64,000 nucleotides of DNA from the human T2T-CHM13v2.0 reference genome, Homo sapiens. The notes under the pieces are model-generated. The model was not told the origin of the DNA. It saw only the letters and a program-made list of their open reading frames with translations, and searched no databases. The stretch lies in the NCBI RefSeq assembly GCF_009914755.1, contig NC_060940.1. One strand, 5' to 3'. This document shows, in pieces, positions 1 to 13,760 of this stretch (its first letter is position 1; every line of letters starts with the position of its first letter). The translations under genes were made by a program, and so were the position numbers.

Positions 1-1261
1 ATTCAATAGACCAATGGGAAAACTGAGATACAGAGATGATAACTAACTTATTCAAAATAAAATAAAGAGTGAAAAAAAAAACAAAACCCAGAACCTAAAC
101 TCTTCATTTTATAGAGAAAAAGCAGAGAGGGCAGGGGAAGCATCAAGAGGAAAAAGATAATTTTTGTAGCATCTACCTTGCCCTCTCTTCCCTGATTTAA
201 AAACAGTCCCCCCTTTAAACTATTTCTATGGAAACAACCAGTCCAGGTTCTATAAGGGGGAAAAATAAAGCACTCATAAGTAATGACCTGAGAGAGCTCT
301 TTAAAGATTTGCAGTGGAGAACTGAACTAAGAATAACAATCTGCATATTCTCCCTGGAATCTAATGTCCTGCAGAGAACCACTCCCCATAGTCTGTTTTG
401 TAAGGTATAAACAATGAGAGGAGGAATTGTCCCTAGGTGGCCTTAATAACAGACAAGGGCTTGATGTGGTCTTTTGAAATAATTGCTAAAGCCAGGGAAG
501 AGTGCCTTAAATCACCACTGCCAAGAGCCTTTAGAATTCTGAGAAATCCATCCTGTGCCCATAATCCACCAGGGTCCCCATGTATCCATCCAGCTTAATC
601 AGAGTATGTGGATGGAAGCCACTGAACATGCAGAAAGTCAAGCTGCTTCCAATGATCAGAAACTTGACTTTCACCAGCATGTGGGTGGGCTGTTCTGAAG
701 GACTTCTTTCTAATGTACCTCACCAAACCACTCCATCACACTAAGATTAGACTAAACTCTGCCACATTTTTAAATGGCTTTTTCGTATATCTATATATAC
801 CACAGAGTGTTCCCACCCCTCTTCATTTTAAGAAAGCAGACATCAACAATAGCCTCATAATGATCTCATTGTTGTTTCAAATAATCCAATCTTTGAAACC
901 TATTTCTTTCTTTTCAGATGTATTAGTGTCGTTTATCAAAAGTAATGGGATTTTTTTTTAAGTTAAGGGTAAAAGAAAAGTAATGGGATACAGCAAACTA
1001 GTCAAGTGCTTAGTACAAACGCAGAGCATTTTCTGAAGCATATGTGGAACACTTCTTAGACAGGCAGGACTTTCAAAGGCAATATTAAGTGTCTTTTGTG
1101 GGTCTCAGATAATATGGCTCACTTAATTAGATTTTCCATAATTCCAGGTAATCCTATTGTGAAATTACAGATGTGAATTTTGACTTGCCTGACAGAAATA
1201 TCTATTGCTCCAAATGCATTTCTGGAAAAAGAATTCTTTATTTTTAAATCATTACCAGAAT

Positions 1262-1917
1262 TTTCACAGGGCAAAACCCAAAAATGGGGTTCAGCCTGGG
1301 AGGCCACATGGGTTCTTGGCTTCACACAGGAAGGAATTCAAGAGCAATCCCAGACAGTAAAGTGAAAGTAAGCTTATTAAGAAGTAAATGAATCAAACAG
1401 TGGCTACTCCATAGACAGAGTAGCAGCATGGGCTGCTTGACTAAGTATACAAATGGTTATTTCTTGATTATATGCTAAACAAAGGGGGTATCATTCATAA
1501 GTTTTCCAGGAAAGGGCTAAGGAGTTCCCAGAACTGAGGGTTATTCCCCTTTATAGACCATATAGGGTAGCTTCCAGATGTTCCCATGGCATTTGTAAAC
1601 TGTTGTGGCACTGCTGGGAGTGTCTTTAAGCAGAGGAATGCATTATAATTAGCAAATAATGAGCAATGAGGATGATCAGAGGTCTCTTTCATTGCCATCT
1701 TGGTTTTGGTGGACTTTGGCCAGCTTCTTTACTGCCTCTCCCTTTATCAGTAGGGTCTTTGTGATCTGTATCTTGTGAAATCAGTCCTGCTAACCTCCTA
1801 TCTCATCCTGTAGTGAAGAATGCCTAACCTCCTGGCAATGCAGCCTACCATATCTCATTCTCATTTTACCTAGCCCCTACTCAAGATGGAGTCACTCTGG
1901 TTTGAATGCCTCTGACA
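1262..1917 (-). mobile_element. MER41-family 3' LTR
   Basis: Minus strand begins TGTCAGAGGCATTCAAACCAGAGTGACTCCATCTTGAGTAGGGGCTAGGTAAAATGAG; preceded on minus by purine tract AAAAAGGATGGAGGAAATA (PPT, about 1918-1936). Confidence 0.9.
1504..1533. promoter_or_regulatory. Tandem GAS (STAT) motifs in MER41 3' LTR
   Basis: TTCCAGGAA 1504-1512 and TTCCCAGAA 1525-1533, both TTCN3GAA; MER41 LTRs are known to carry tandem STAT1 sites. Confidence 0.6.
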
Positions 1918-4873
1918 TATTTCCTCCATCCTTTTTGCAAGGGAACGCTTGCAACCTAGGGTTTGTAGAGGGATGAAGATCCATCTTTCATAACTTCTTC
2001 AGGCTGAATAGAAGCAATGATATTCCTGCCTAACTATTAGGGTCTCTTTTATTCAGAGTAGAGAGTAGCTCAGTCAGTGTCAGTATGGTGAGGGCCACTC
2101 ATAACTGAATCTTGTAAAAAATGGAAATCTGAAAGATTAACAAGTGCTCAATATAAGAAAATGTTGAGTAAGTGTACCCTGTATTCCTACACAATGAGGA
2201 CGACAGCAGTATTTTCCACAACAGTAAAGCAAAATAAAATTATCCCAAGTAAACTAAATAAGAAGGCTTTCCATGAACTGGACACTTGTTAGAACTAAGT
2301 TAATATGGAGTAGTCAGTTGATTCCAATATGTGCCCAGAATTAGAATACTCAACTAGATCTGTATGTTACCTATTCTTCTTGTTTCTTCTGATCAGCAGC
2401 CAGAGATCACTAGTTGGTTCACAAAAATAAGCAGTCAATCTAAATTGCAGAAAAAATCTCCAAAACAATAGACCAGACCAGAAGCTAATTACAGATGTAC
2501 TATAGTTTTTGAAACAATTTTTCTCTCTGGTCCCCATTTTTATTAAAAACAAATCATGGTAGAACTGATTTGCTTGCAAAATAAGTTTTAGCCTTACTAT
2601 ACTTGGCCTGATTTTCTATATAAAGTGCAGAAAGAATAATTATTTGCCATATAGGCCCATTTTTAAAATTGGCTTTGATGGAACTTTGTTCAGTAAGGAA
2701 TCTTAGATTAGACTTTTTAAAGCCTTAAGCTCAGTCATGAATTTATCTGTGCCTGCAAGTACTTGAATGAGTTTGGTGACTCCTTCTCCACTCAAGAACC
2801 CAAGATAACTTGGGGCTTCTGGTCCTGTCAGAAAGTGACAATCTTTACTTTCCACAGGTTAGGAACCCTGTGCAGGGACTCCATAGAGAAGGTATGAGGC
2901 CAATTTTCCCAAGTGGCTTTTATTGGCTCTATAAGTCAACTTTGATTCCTTAAAGCAGTCTGTTTGAATCTGAAAGCACATCATTTTAGTCAAAGCCTTG
3001 GAAAAATAAAGAGTTTCTTCAATTTTGTCTGGTTACAAAAAAATTTTAAAAAAAACAGACTCTCACTGCACTTATGGAAATAACTATATTGCCATAAGGT
3101 AAGAATACTCACATAGTTTCCAAATTCTGAAGAAATAGGGGAGAGAGAAAGAAACGTGCTCCAAATTTTGCTCACAGTAGTATACTTTTCTCAATTGCTA
3201 GAAGCTGTAAATAACTCAAAAGAAAAACATTTTATTGACTCTGAAATAAAAAACAGAAAGGATCAGCAATGTTTTAAGCAAAAAGTCATAAAGAGATTAC
3301 TTCAGCCTTTTATTAGTTCAGTCTATGCAATTAATTCCTGTTTTGCTCAATATTTATGAACACAGTTTTCCAAGAGTGCTTTGGCAGTATGTTTCCTCTC
3401 TATTTTAATGGTACACTTTCCCAAATTATCAGAGACGTGCATTTAAAACTACTCATCAAAATCCTGTATCTGACTATAAACCATCTTTTGAAGAGGATGA
3501 AAGCAACACACCATTGTCTGTGGAGGACAAAAAGTCTTACAGCAGCCGCAGTCAAAGATGCAATTGACAAGGAAATCCAGTTACCTCTGTGGTACACAGC
3601 AATTTAACATAACAGTTATGGGTATTATTGTTCACATTCACTAATTCATGTCAAAATTATAGGAGTTTCACATAATTTGGAAACACATACAGATAACACA
3701 TTTATACAAATAAAACCCAAAGAAAGCCAAACACCATTTTATATTTGACAATGTTTCCTCTATGATTTTAATATACCAAGAACCCAAATATGTCATTTTT
3801 GGACTTTAGGAGACTTAGTATTTAAAAAGATTAATAGGATAAGAAAACAATTTACAATTTGATTTTGGCAAGTTTGTCAAATATCAAAGGTGTGAAACAT
3901 TTGAGAATTTAAGACAGAACTCCAGGTTGCCATAAATCATTTATTTATCTAAAACAATAACTCAAAATTTCAAAAATGCAATAACTTATTCATTGATAAA
4001 GTGGAGACTTAATTTTCCAAACAATCTGTCTCCTTTCTCTCCTTTCTTTTCCCATTGTTTATTCAAAAGACAAACATAAGTCTCTTATTATCTTTTAATA
4101 TTACATGAAAATCTTGTTCAAGACAGAAAGCCAAATTTCACTTTTGCATTAGTGCATCATTAACACTAAAGCTAATTTTAAATATAATATTATAAACACA
4201 TTTATTCAAGTTTAATTCGTTTGACCATAGGTAAGATTTCCACAAACCTTTTATAACACTTATTAATTTCTATTAAGGAGCATATTAGTGTTCCAAAAAG
4301 CCTCATTATTCTGACATATGGGCCCAGATTTTGTATCAGTGTGCTTTTATTTCAATATTTAATTTATAGAAATATTGAATAATATCCTTTTAATTTTAGT
4401 CAATTTGCTCACACACAGAATTATTTACAAGGTTAATTTTTTATGAACCTTCCACAACTTGCTCAAGCCTTCAGCTTTAGCCTATCTCACTTAAAACAAT
4501 TCTTTAACCCTCTAAACTAGGCCAAAAAAAAAAAAGTTTCCCATGCCTTATTATAATCTTTTACCAAAAACACATTCTACTTTCTTTACACACCTTGCAT
4601 GTAAAACTCTTCCTTCAGTAGTTTCAATTATATATGTTACAATGTTAACTATTAGCCACTTTTATTTTTGGTAAAAAACCTGGTAAGTTATGTTAATTAT
4701 GTACCAGGTGCAGAGCCTAGAACATCAGATAGAAGTACAAATAAGGTATGACTCTTTCCAGCAAAGCCGGGGACATGGCTAACAACCTATGTCCATCAGT
4801 AGGCCTTACATAGAATCTAATTGCTCCAAAGCAGGTAAGTTGAGAAATTATCAAAAGACAATGAAGCAGTTAA

Positions 4874-5256
<383 letters not shown>

Positions 5257-6180
5257 CCAATAATCTTTAAAACTGTCTTTATTTCCTCAAAATTACTAAA
5301 GTCATATGAACTGAAAGGTATTATAATTTCCATTTTTTCCAATAAAGTATTTGATTTAACTGCTTATTTTTCTTTAAGTCAGTTAGATCTCTTTTCTATA
5401 AATAACACACACAACAAATACAAATAGACAGAAGAAGATCTAGTAGCTGTAAAATTTTTCATTTGTCAGTTTTTAGGTTTTTCTTACTTGGACTACTGGC
5501 TTCAAGATGGAACCCTTTCAGGAACATGGACAGGAAAGCATGCAATTTCTAGGGCTTAATAAGCAGGCACAGTTGGAAGGCAAAACACCAAAAAATCAAG
5601 AATTCCATTTTTTTTTTTTACCAAATCCTGGATCCCCAAAAAGGGAATCAGCCCATCCCCCATTGGAGTCTTACCCCTCATTGGGAGGTGGGGACATTTT
5701 TATACCTTCTAGATGACCAAGAGCATGCTTCTCTGATCCAAAAGTGCAAAGAGCAGAGTGCTTCCCCATAACTGCCATTAGCCATCACTGAAAGTATATT
5801 CCCTACATAGTTATTACACACCAAAGCTCTCTCATAATCCAAAGTAATTTCTGATACCTGCAAAAGTAAAAAACACCAGGTAACTGAATGCAAAACAGAA
5901 CAGAGGCTTAGATTTTGGGAGGATCTATCCGTTTTCAATTCCTGGGATTCCATAAGGAAAATAGAGGTTTTTCCCAGAATGGGGTCTCTGGCACTTCCTC
6001 TGTTTTTCCCAAGGACTTCTAGAATGTTAGAAATTACCTTACATCCTCTCATATGAGTCTCAAGAGTGTTAAGAAGACAAAAGGGAGAAAAACAATTCAG
6101 TCATCTGAGAAGAAAAAAGCTTTTCTTATTTCAGAGAAACAAGATTCAAGAAGAGAAAAACAAACATAAAAGCCATTTAA

Positions 6181-6182
6181 AT

Positions 6183-6218
<36 letters not shown>
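6181..6218. repeat. (CA)n(TA)n microsatellite
   Basis: Seen directly. Confidence 0.9.
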
Positions 6219-8013
6219 TAGTTATCCATGTTTAATTAAGCTAACTCTCAACAATAGAGCTCTTTAAAAAAAAAAAAAATCCTTTTAGATCTCTTAATAC
6301 CAGACTCTAGGCAGGACAAATAGCCAACACCTCTGGCTTTTAAGCTACTTTTTTTTGTTAGTTTGTTTTTCTGCAAAAGTATTTTCCCAAGTAAAACCAA
6401 TAAGCCTTAACTAAGGTTATGGCTTAACCATGGACCCATGAGATGTCTCCAAATAGATGGCAAGCAGTTTTTACAAGATCTAGAATCACCCCTAAAGTAA
6501 CTCAGAAAAAAAAAAAAAAAAAGAAAGAAAATTCAAGGCAGGAAATCAAAAGCTGTCCATGGAGGGGTAAAGTTTAAGTAAATGGCAAAAGTCCCATAAG
6601 AGTCAAACAGGAAAAAACTCATTCTCTAAGACAAAAATTGAATGCAGGCCTCCATCAAGTAAGAGCAAACTTTTACTCACTAAGCTACAGTATGAGGCAA
6701 GCACCATAATGCTTTTCCCAGAAGGAGTATAGAGCAGACATTTTTGAGCTTGCAAAGGATATATCTTTTCCAAGGAAAAGGGACAGATATAAATCTGAGA
6801 AACCTTAAAAGGAAACATATTTTAGAATTGATAGCCAATATTTCTTGCAATCTTACTGAAAGAAAACCAATTTAAAAAAAAAAACTTGTTTTAAGATAGG
6901 GAACCAAAACTTAGTCCAATAGCTTTTACTTGGAACTCTAACCATGAAATAGTAACACAACTCACTATTTTATAAAAGATAGGTGGATCCAAATTATCTC
7001 TCTGACAAAACTGGGACTTGTCCATGTGGCTAAACTTTGCTAATCTGAATTTGCTCCAATTGCTTAAAATACACCATAGCAGTGAGTCCTTCAGTATTCA
7101 CCATTGTCCTCACGTTTAACAAGGATCTCCACTAAATAGAAGTTTTTCTGAGTCTAGCGAAAGCCCAGTTTTCTTCCCCTGAAAATTCCCACCTTCTGTA
7201 GCAAAGTGTTAAAGTTACAATAAGTAAAGAAAATGGTGTTACAGAAAATGATAACTTTAGGACATAACAAGAAAAGGTAAGGCCAAGTTTCACCTTGGGT
7301 GGACCTCTAACCCATAATCCTAGAGGGAATGCCAATTCCAAACTCCTCTGAGTATCCCAGGTGGTGCTAGGAATCAGCCAACAATATCAAATGCTGAAAA
7401 AAACAGAGTACCCAAGTACTGGCCAGTGAGGGTCCCCACAGCAAACGCTGAAAATCCCAGAGCATCGGGGGGCAGCCAACAGTGAACCCCAAAGGCACAA
7501 GACCTAACGCAATTGGGGCCACAGAACAACATGACTCTGGTGTCCCAGGGTCAACACAACAGAGGACCTCATACAGCCAAATGACCTTCCTTAAACAATG
7601 GCCCAAAGAGCCAAAGCAAAGACTACAAATGTGACAAAGAAATAAGGATAAGCATGCATTTGGGCATTGAGAGAAAAAAGTAAAATGGTCAGTCATTGGA
7701 AACTAAAGCAAAAAAGGCCTGAGAGAAGGGGCAACAACAGGGGTTATAAAGGACTTGGCCAGCCAGGTGTGCTTCTGCCTGTCCAGGACTCCCAGAAAAT
7801 GGGAGACTGCATCAGGCTACCAAGCCAAAGGCCTCAAAGCCACTTACCCATCTGTCCAAAATAAAGAACATAGGAAAGGACAGATGTGCCCAAATCAAAG
7901 GGAAATAAAAGTAGCGAGTTGAATCTGGACAAAGGGAGACTCACCCACCCACCATTCAGGTCTAAATGGTGCCCATGAGTCTTGATTTGGTGTCCCGATG
8001 GGAGTCTACATTG

Positions 8014-8036
8014 CCTCTTCATTGGTGGCCAGAAAA
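8014..8036 (-). other. Degenerate retroviral primer-binding site (tRNA-Arg type)
   Basis: Minus-strand TGGCCACCAATGAAGAGG just downstream of the 5' LTR resembles the tRNA-Arg PBS TGGCGACCACGAAGGGAC. Confidence 0.6.
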
Positions 8037-8038
8037 GA

Positions 8039-8678
8039 TGTCACAGGGTGAATCCCAAAATTGAGGTTCAGCCCGGGAAGCCACCTGGGTTCTTGGCTTC
8101 TTGTAGGAAGAAGTTTAAGAGCAAGTCCACAGAGTAAAGTGAAAGCAAGTTTATTAAGAAAGTAAAGAAATAAAAGAGTGGCTACTCCATAGGCAGAGCA
8201 GTGTCATGGGCTACTTGACTGAGTATGTGTATGTTATTTCTTCATTTTATGCTAGACAAAGGTTTTCTAGGAAAGGGGTGGGGAGTTCCTAAAACTGAGG
8301 GTTCCACCCCTTTTTAGACCATATATGGTAGCTTTGGGACATTGCTATGCCATTTGTAAACTGTCATGGCACTGGTGGGAATGTCTTTTAGCATTGGAAT
8401 GCATTACAATTAGCAAATAATGAGCAGTGAGGATGACCAGAGTTCGCTTTCCTTGCCGTCTTGGTTTTGATGGGTTTTGGCCAGCTTCTTTATTCCATAT
8501 CCCTTCATCAGCAGGGTCTTTGTGAACTGTATCTTGTGAAACGAGTCCTACCCAATCTCCTGTTTCATCCTGGGACTAAGGATGCCTGAACTCCTGGGGA
8601 TGCAGCCCAGCAGGTTTCAGACTCAGGTTACCCAATCCCATTCAAGGTGGAGTCACTCTGGTTGGAATGCCTCTGACA
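8039..8678 (-). mobile_element. MER41-family 5' LTR
   Basis: Homologous to 1262-1917; TG...CA termini; followed on minus by TCTTTTCTGGCCACCAATGAAGAGG. Confidence 0.9.
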
Positions 8679-8956
8679 GAATCATTACAGCAAGAAGACC
8701 ACGCTGCTCTTTCCTCTCTCAGGTAGAAGTGAATATTGCCTTTCCTTTGGATGACACTGTACTTTTGTGAAATTTGATAAGGGCACTTTCTCAGTACTTT
8801 ACCCCTGGTTATGTCTTCTGCTTCCTCAGGATATATTAAGTTCCCTGAGATTCTGGACAACAGCTAACTCCTCACTGAATTCCTTGTCACAGGAGTCAAT
8901 AGAATATAAAGTTGACATGGTTTCTGCCCTCAGGGAGTCTCAAGATTTAGATTAAT

Positions 8957-9112
8957 TTTCTCTCAAACTCAGCTGCACATTAGAATTAACCGGGAAACCT
9001 TAAAAATTCCATTACCCAGGCCTTACTCTAAACCAATTTAAACCCAGGAATCAGTATTTTTGAAGTTCTCTGTGTGATTCCATTGTACATCCAAAGTAAA
9101 TAACCACTGGTT
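8957..9112. mobile_element. MER5-type hAT-Charlie DNA transposon fossil
   Basis: CTCAAACTCAGCTGCACATTAGAATTAACCGGGAA...CCCAGGAATCAGTATTTT...AACCACTG matches the MER5 pattern. Confidence 0.65.
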
Positions 9113-9113
9113 T

Positions 9114-9270
9114 AGGGCTACACTATCCAATAGGGTAGCAACTAGGCACATGTGGCTTTTAAAATTTAAATTAAATTTAAAAAGCAGTTCTTCAAAGTAC
9201 TAATCCCATTTCAAATTCTCCAGGGCCATTTCAATCATTACAAAAAGTTCTATTAGTCAATGTTGGTCTC
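9114..9270. mobile_element. MER3/MER33-type hAT-Charlie fossil
   Basis: CACTATCCAATAGGGTAGCAACTAGGCACATGTGGCT...TCATTACAAAAAGTTCTATTAG. Confidence 0.6.
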
Positions 9271-9739
9271 AGGTACTAAAAACCCTCATCTGAAGCATAA
9301 AACATCTGTTCAATGAATGACGGTGTGCAAAGAATATAGCGCTGGGCATTCAAAGACCTGCCACTAACTCATTGTGTAATGTCCAGTAATCTAGTTTTCC
9401 TGTCTGTGAAATGAAAAGCTGGGTAACATGAGTGGCTCTCCAGACAAGATCTTTGGAATATACTAGAAAACCAAGGGATCAGGGAACACAATGCCAGGAA
9501 GAGCTGAACCAACTGGCTCCACACTCCATAGTAAATAGAACAGATAGCTGAATTCCACACAATTTTTCTTTGAAAAGCAGCTCTGCTGCATTACAAAAAA
9601 AGAAAAAATGAAACCATGTCTGATATCTTGATAACCAACAGACTCCCTGTCTCAGTCCAGCAGCAGGTTAGTGAATTCCTGCTTCAGTGCTCATAATCTC
9701 ATGGTACAGGGAGGAGGGCCCTGCTCAGGAGGCTGTGAG

Positions 9740-9885
9740 GTCACTGACAACTAACAACTCACTTCCCCTCTCTGAGTCTCTGTTTCCTTTTATGAAAAAA
9801 ACAACAAATGATGCCTGACCTCCCTCATTCCTAAGTTAATTTGAAGGTCGAATGAGATAACAAATGGGGAAACCCTTTGTAAAAG
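9740..9885 (+). mobile_element. MIR SINE fragment
   Basis: Core CACTTCCCCTCTCTGAGTCTCTGTTTCC...AATGAGATAA. Confidence 0.6.
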
Positions 9886-9963
9886 CATAATTTGGGTTAC
9901 ACAGGTGGGCAGAAGGATGATCAAATGCTAACAGCAGTGGCAACTTACATTTATTTGGGTAGG

Positions 9964-10268
9964 TTTTTTTCCCCCTCTTTATGAGACCGAGTCTCGCTCT
10001 GCTGCCCAGGCTGGAGTGCAGTGGCGCGATCTTGGCTTCACTGCAACCTCTGCTCCGCCTCCCGGGTTCAAACGATTCTCCTGCCTCAGCCTCCTGAGTA
10101 GCTGGGACTAAAGGCACCCATCACCACACCCAGCTAATTTTTGTATTTTTAATAGAGACGATGTTTCACCATATTGGCCAGACTGGTCTTGAACTCCTGA
10201 TCTTGTGATCTACCCACCTTGGCCTCCCAAAGTGCTGGGATTATAGGCATGAGCTACCACACCTGGCT
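9964..10268 (-). mobile_element. AluS (Sc/Sg-like)
   Basis: Full antisense Alu ending GCATGAGCTACCACACCTGGCT. Confidence 0.95.
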
Positions 10269-10814
10269 GGGTGATTTTTAAAGTTCTGGCTTTTAACCTT
10301 TAGAAGTGTGGGTTGCAGATAAATTTAAATTACATTATTATTACAGAAAGGAGATGTGATTTCACTCCTTTTCTCTAATATGGATATAAAATCTGCCAGA
10401 TCCTGCAGCAGGTTCATTTCAGGTACATAGGCATCCTTGTTTATCCCAGAACCCAAATGGGATTCTGTAGTGTTGACCTGTGAGTATGCTGACCTCAGCT
10501 ATAGCTCCTTGGCTAGGGGATGGTGCAGGTAGTGGGGAGAGGAGGGATAGCTGATCCCTGAAAGGAAATGAATGGGGATACAGGCCAGAAGTCTGTCCAC
10601 AGAAACTCCTGGGCCTCTCAATTATCCATGATATGGGGTGAAAATGGAGCAATCATGGGGTGAACAAAGCTCCAGGGTGGATGGCATGGGTTCTTCTGGT
10701 CAGATGAGTCCCAGGAGTTCAGCATGTCAAATCATTTGTTCCATTAAACCCCTGCTTGCAACAGCCCAGCACATGGGTGGGCATGCCTTTTACTGAGTTA
10801 CCATCTACTAATTA

Positions 10815-11050
10815 GCTTTTTTAATTGAGTGTCTACTATCTGACAGACACTGTGCTACATGCTTTGCATACATTTTCAGAAAAAAATTTTCTGCAGCATC
10901 TTGATGAGGTGGGTATTGCCTCCACTGCCCAGATAAGAAAATAAGGGTTTGGAGCCCTTTGGTCTGTATTTAGTTCATATGCCTAGCTAATGCCCAAAAT
11001 GGAATTTGAAGCTATATATGACCCATTTGGAAGCTATTGCCCTTCTACCA
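10815..11050 (-). mobile_element. MIR SINE
   Basis: TTGAGTGTCTACTATCTGACAGACACTGTGCTA...CAGATAAGAAAATAAGG. Confidence 0.6.
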
Positions 11051-13404
11051 TTTGACATTGAACCAAGATCTACTTTACTATAATTCTTTCAAATTTTGCT
11101 TTCTGGAGATGCTCAGAATTCAGCTAGCTCTTCTTCCACATAGCCACCACTCAAGAAATATTTTTGGAGACAAGGATTTCTTCAATAGTTAAGTGATAAG
11201 AATTTAGTAAAACATGTTTTTTGCCCTCAAGGAATTCCAAGGTTCCTGGAATTTTTAGAGTAGGCATCTCCCTAAGGGTCTTCCAATTTCCACCTCAAAC
11301 ACCAGGGGTTCCTTTCATACTTCCTTAGGGGAACATCTCCCATTTTTCCCCAGATGTTCTCCAGTCTGCCCACCTCTGCCAAATAGTCCCTGAATGAATG
11401 AATCATGATTTTCAAACCTCTCTCCCATAACATTTTCCACATTAGAACAAAATTTTGTTCTACATCCTTCCTTGCCTAAGTCTCCAAAGAAGGTGCTAAT
11501 GAATAATAAAATGCAAGCCCTGCAGGGAACTGTAGGAAGGCAGCCAGACGATAAATATCTTCTAATAAATGGACCCAGCTCAACAGGAGATAGCTCTGTA
11601 AGATCTTATAAGCTAATCATTGTCAAAGGGATTGCTTTGGTGCCCATGGAAAAGGAGTTACGTGGTTGTAGAGGCAAGTGCCATGTTTCTATCAGTATTT
11701 CACCCAAGACAATTAAGTCCAGGCCCAGAGTCATTCCCTGATAGAAAGAGCAGCCATTACTTGGCTACCGCTCACAACACCAGCCACTTTAGTACTCACA
11801 CCATAAAGGAGGGACAATTCTGTTCTGGACAGCAAATGTTAAAAAAGTGACACTAACCTTGTTTTTTATGAAAGCACATAAACAAACCAAATGATACAAA
11901 ACTTTGCTCCATTTTTAGAGCACCATTGTAACAAAGCCCAGCTGGATGTCTCCCCAGGCCCAAATAACATCTCCGTAGGAGAAGCCTATGCAGCTGGAGA
12001 AGGGATTGGCCTTTGCGCTCAGGGATCTTACATACCATTGACCAGTTGCATCTTGTTCCAAAGAGATTTACCAGCAGGCTAAATGTACAACTCATACACC
12101 ATTGGTTGGGCAGAAAGTAAGTGCTTTCCAGCATTACTTTGTAAAGGAAAGTCCCTTTGAACCACAGCTGCCCTGATGAACTAAGGAGCAGATGAAGACG
12201 TAACAATACAGCAGAGTTACTGTAAACCATGAACTTGGGCAACAAGGACTTAGTGCCTTCCTGATAAGATGTCCACGACAGAAAGGCTTGCCCTTGTATC
12301 TCCAGGATGGCTGCCCATGAAACCACAGAAATATAGTTTGATCTGGTTCAGAGGCTGCTCCTGCTTCTGAATACAACCATGACATTGGCTTGGACTCTCA
12401 GCAACCCCAAGGTCTAAGTTTTCATCCTCCATCTCTTCCATGCCTAGAGATTTTTGTACGCCTTTAGGTTTTAAACCTCAGCAATCTAATCTAGCTCACA
12501 CAGCACCCACAGGGAAGGGACTTGCATTTGAAGGATAGTTGTTTTAACAAATATACACATAGAGAAAATAACAGCTCCACAGCAAGTCAGCTCACTAAAA
12601 TGAATAACATAATTAAAAATTAAAAGAGGTCAGGATATATTCAGGATTGCAAGGGCACTTCACTAAGAAGGAAGAAAAGACCTACATCATGAAGAATATG
12701 TGAAGATTTTTGAAAGGAAGAAACGGAAAGAAGAGCCTCATCCCTCTTCTGTGGCGATGCTTTCCATATCACACGTTTATGCCTTGTTTCCTGGGAAACC
12801 CACTGTCTGGGCCTCACCATGACTGACCGCTGCTCTGCTGAGATGCCCAGTTTGATTGCTCGGGGCTTTGAAGTTCCACCTAAGGCACAGCAGGTTTTTC
12901 TTCCTGGTGTCTGCCCCTGCCTCTGGCATTTTTACCTCCTGCTTGGGTCCTGTCGGGGCAGAGGAGAGAGTAAATGTTGCTGCCTACTGCCTGTCTCTAT
13001 GTATCCCTGGTGGCACCTCTGCATCATCCCCAGATGGATATTTTTTGGACTGACACAGATCAAGGACCTTGGGACATTAACAGATCTACACCCTTAGAGT
13101 TGTTCTATCTATACTTGCCCTCTCCCCTCCAACACCCACACATAAGAGATACACACACACACGTCTATGCCTCATCTTCCCTCTCTTCCCTTACTCTGCA
13201 GCTGAGATATCCCAGCCTGTCCTACGGCTGAGTGCTTACAAGACGCAGCTAAATCCTACTTTACACTACACAGAATAAACTGAACCTGCTACTGATACAT
13301 AATTCCTTTCTTTTCAATATTTCATGAGCTTGCACAACCCCCTTCCACAGATGCCCAACCCTCCATGCTTGGGTAGCCATTAACATCTTCCTACAGAATA
13401 TCCC

Positions 13405-13760
13405 ACTACATGGATGAACCTGGAGGACATTATGCTGAGTGAAATGAACCAGTCACAGACAGACAAGTACTGCATGATTCCCTTTACATGAGGTATCTAA
13501 AGTAGTCAAATTCATAAAAGCAAAAGGGTAGAAGGGTGGTTGCCAGGACCTAGGGGCAGGGGAAAATAGGGAGTTCTTTATTTATGAACCAGCAGGCATA
13601 CTTTCAGTTAAACAAGATGGATATGTTCTAGAGATCTGCTGTACAACGTTGTACCTATAGTAAACAATACTGCACTGTACACTTAAACTATATCAAGAAT
13701 TTGATCTCATGTTAAATATTCTAACCACAATAAAATAAACTTTTTTTTAAGAAGAAAAAC
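13405..13760 (+). mobile_element. Old L1 3' end (L1MA/L1MB-type)
   Basis: ACATGGATGAACCTGGAGGACATTATGCTGAGTGAAA...GTTCTAGAGATCTGCTGTACAAC...CACAATAAAATAAA. Confidence 0.85.

Noticed and set aside
11853-12326. 157-aa minus ORF, and similar ORFs at 34971-35441, 56196-56630, 41771-42175
   Set aside because: No recognisable domain or flanking splice/promoter structure; lengths are expected by chance in 64 kb over six frames.
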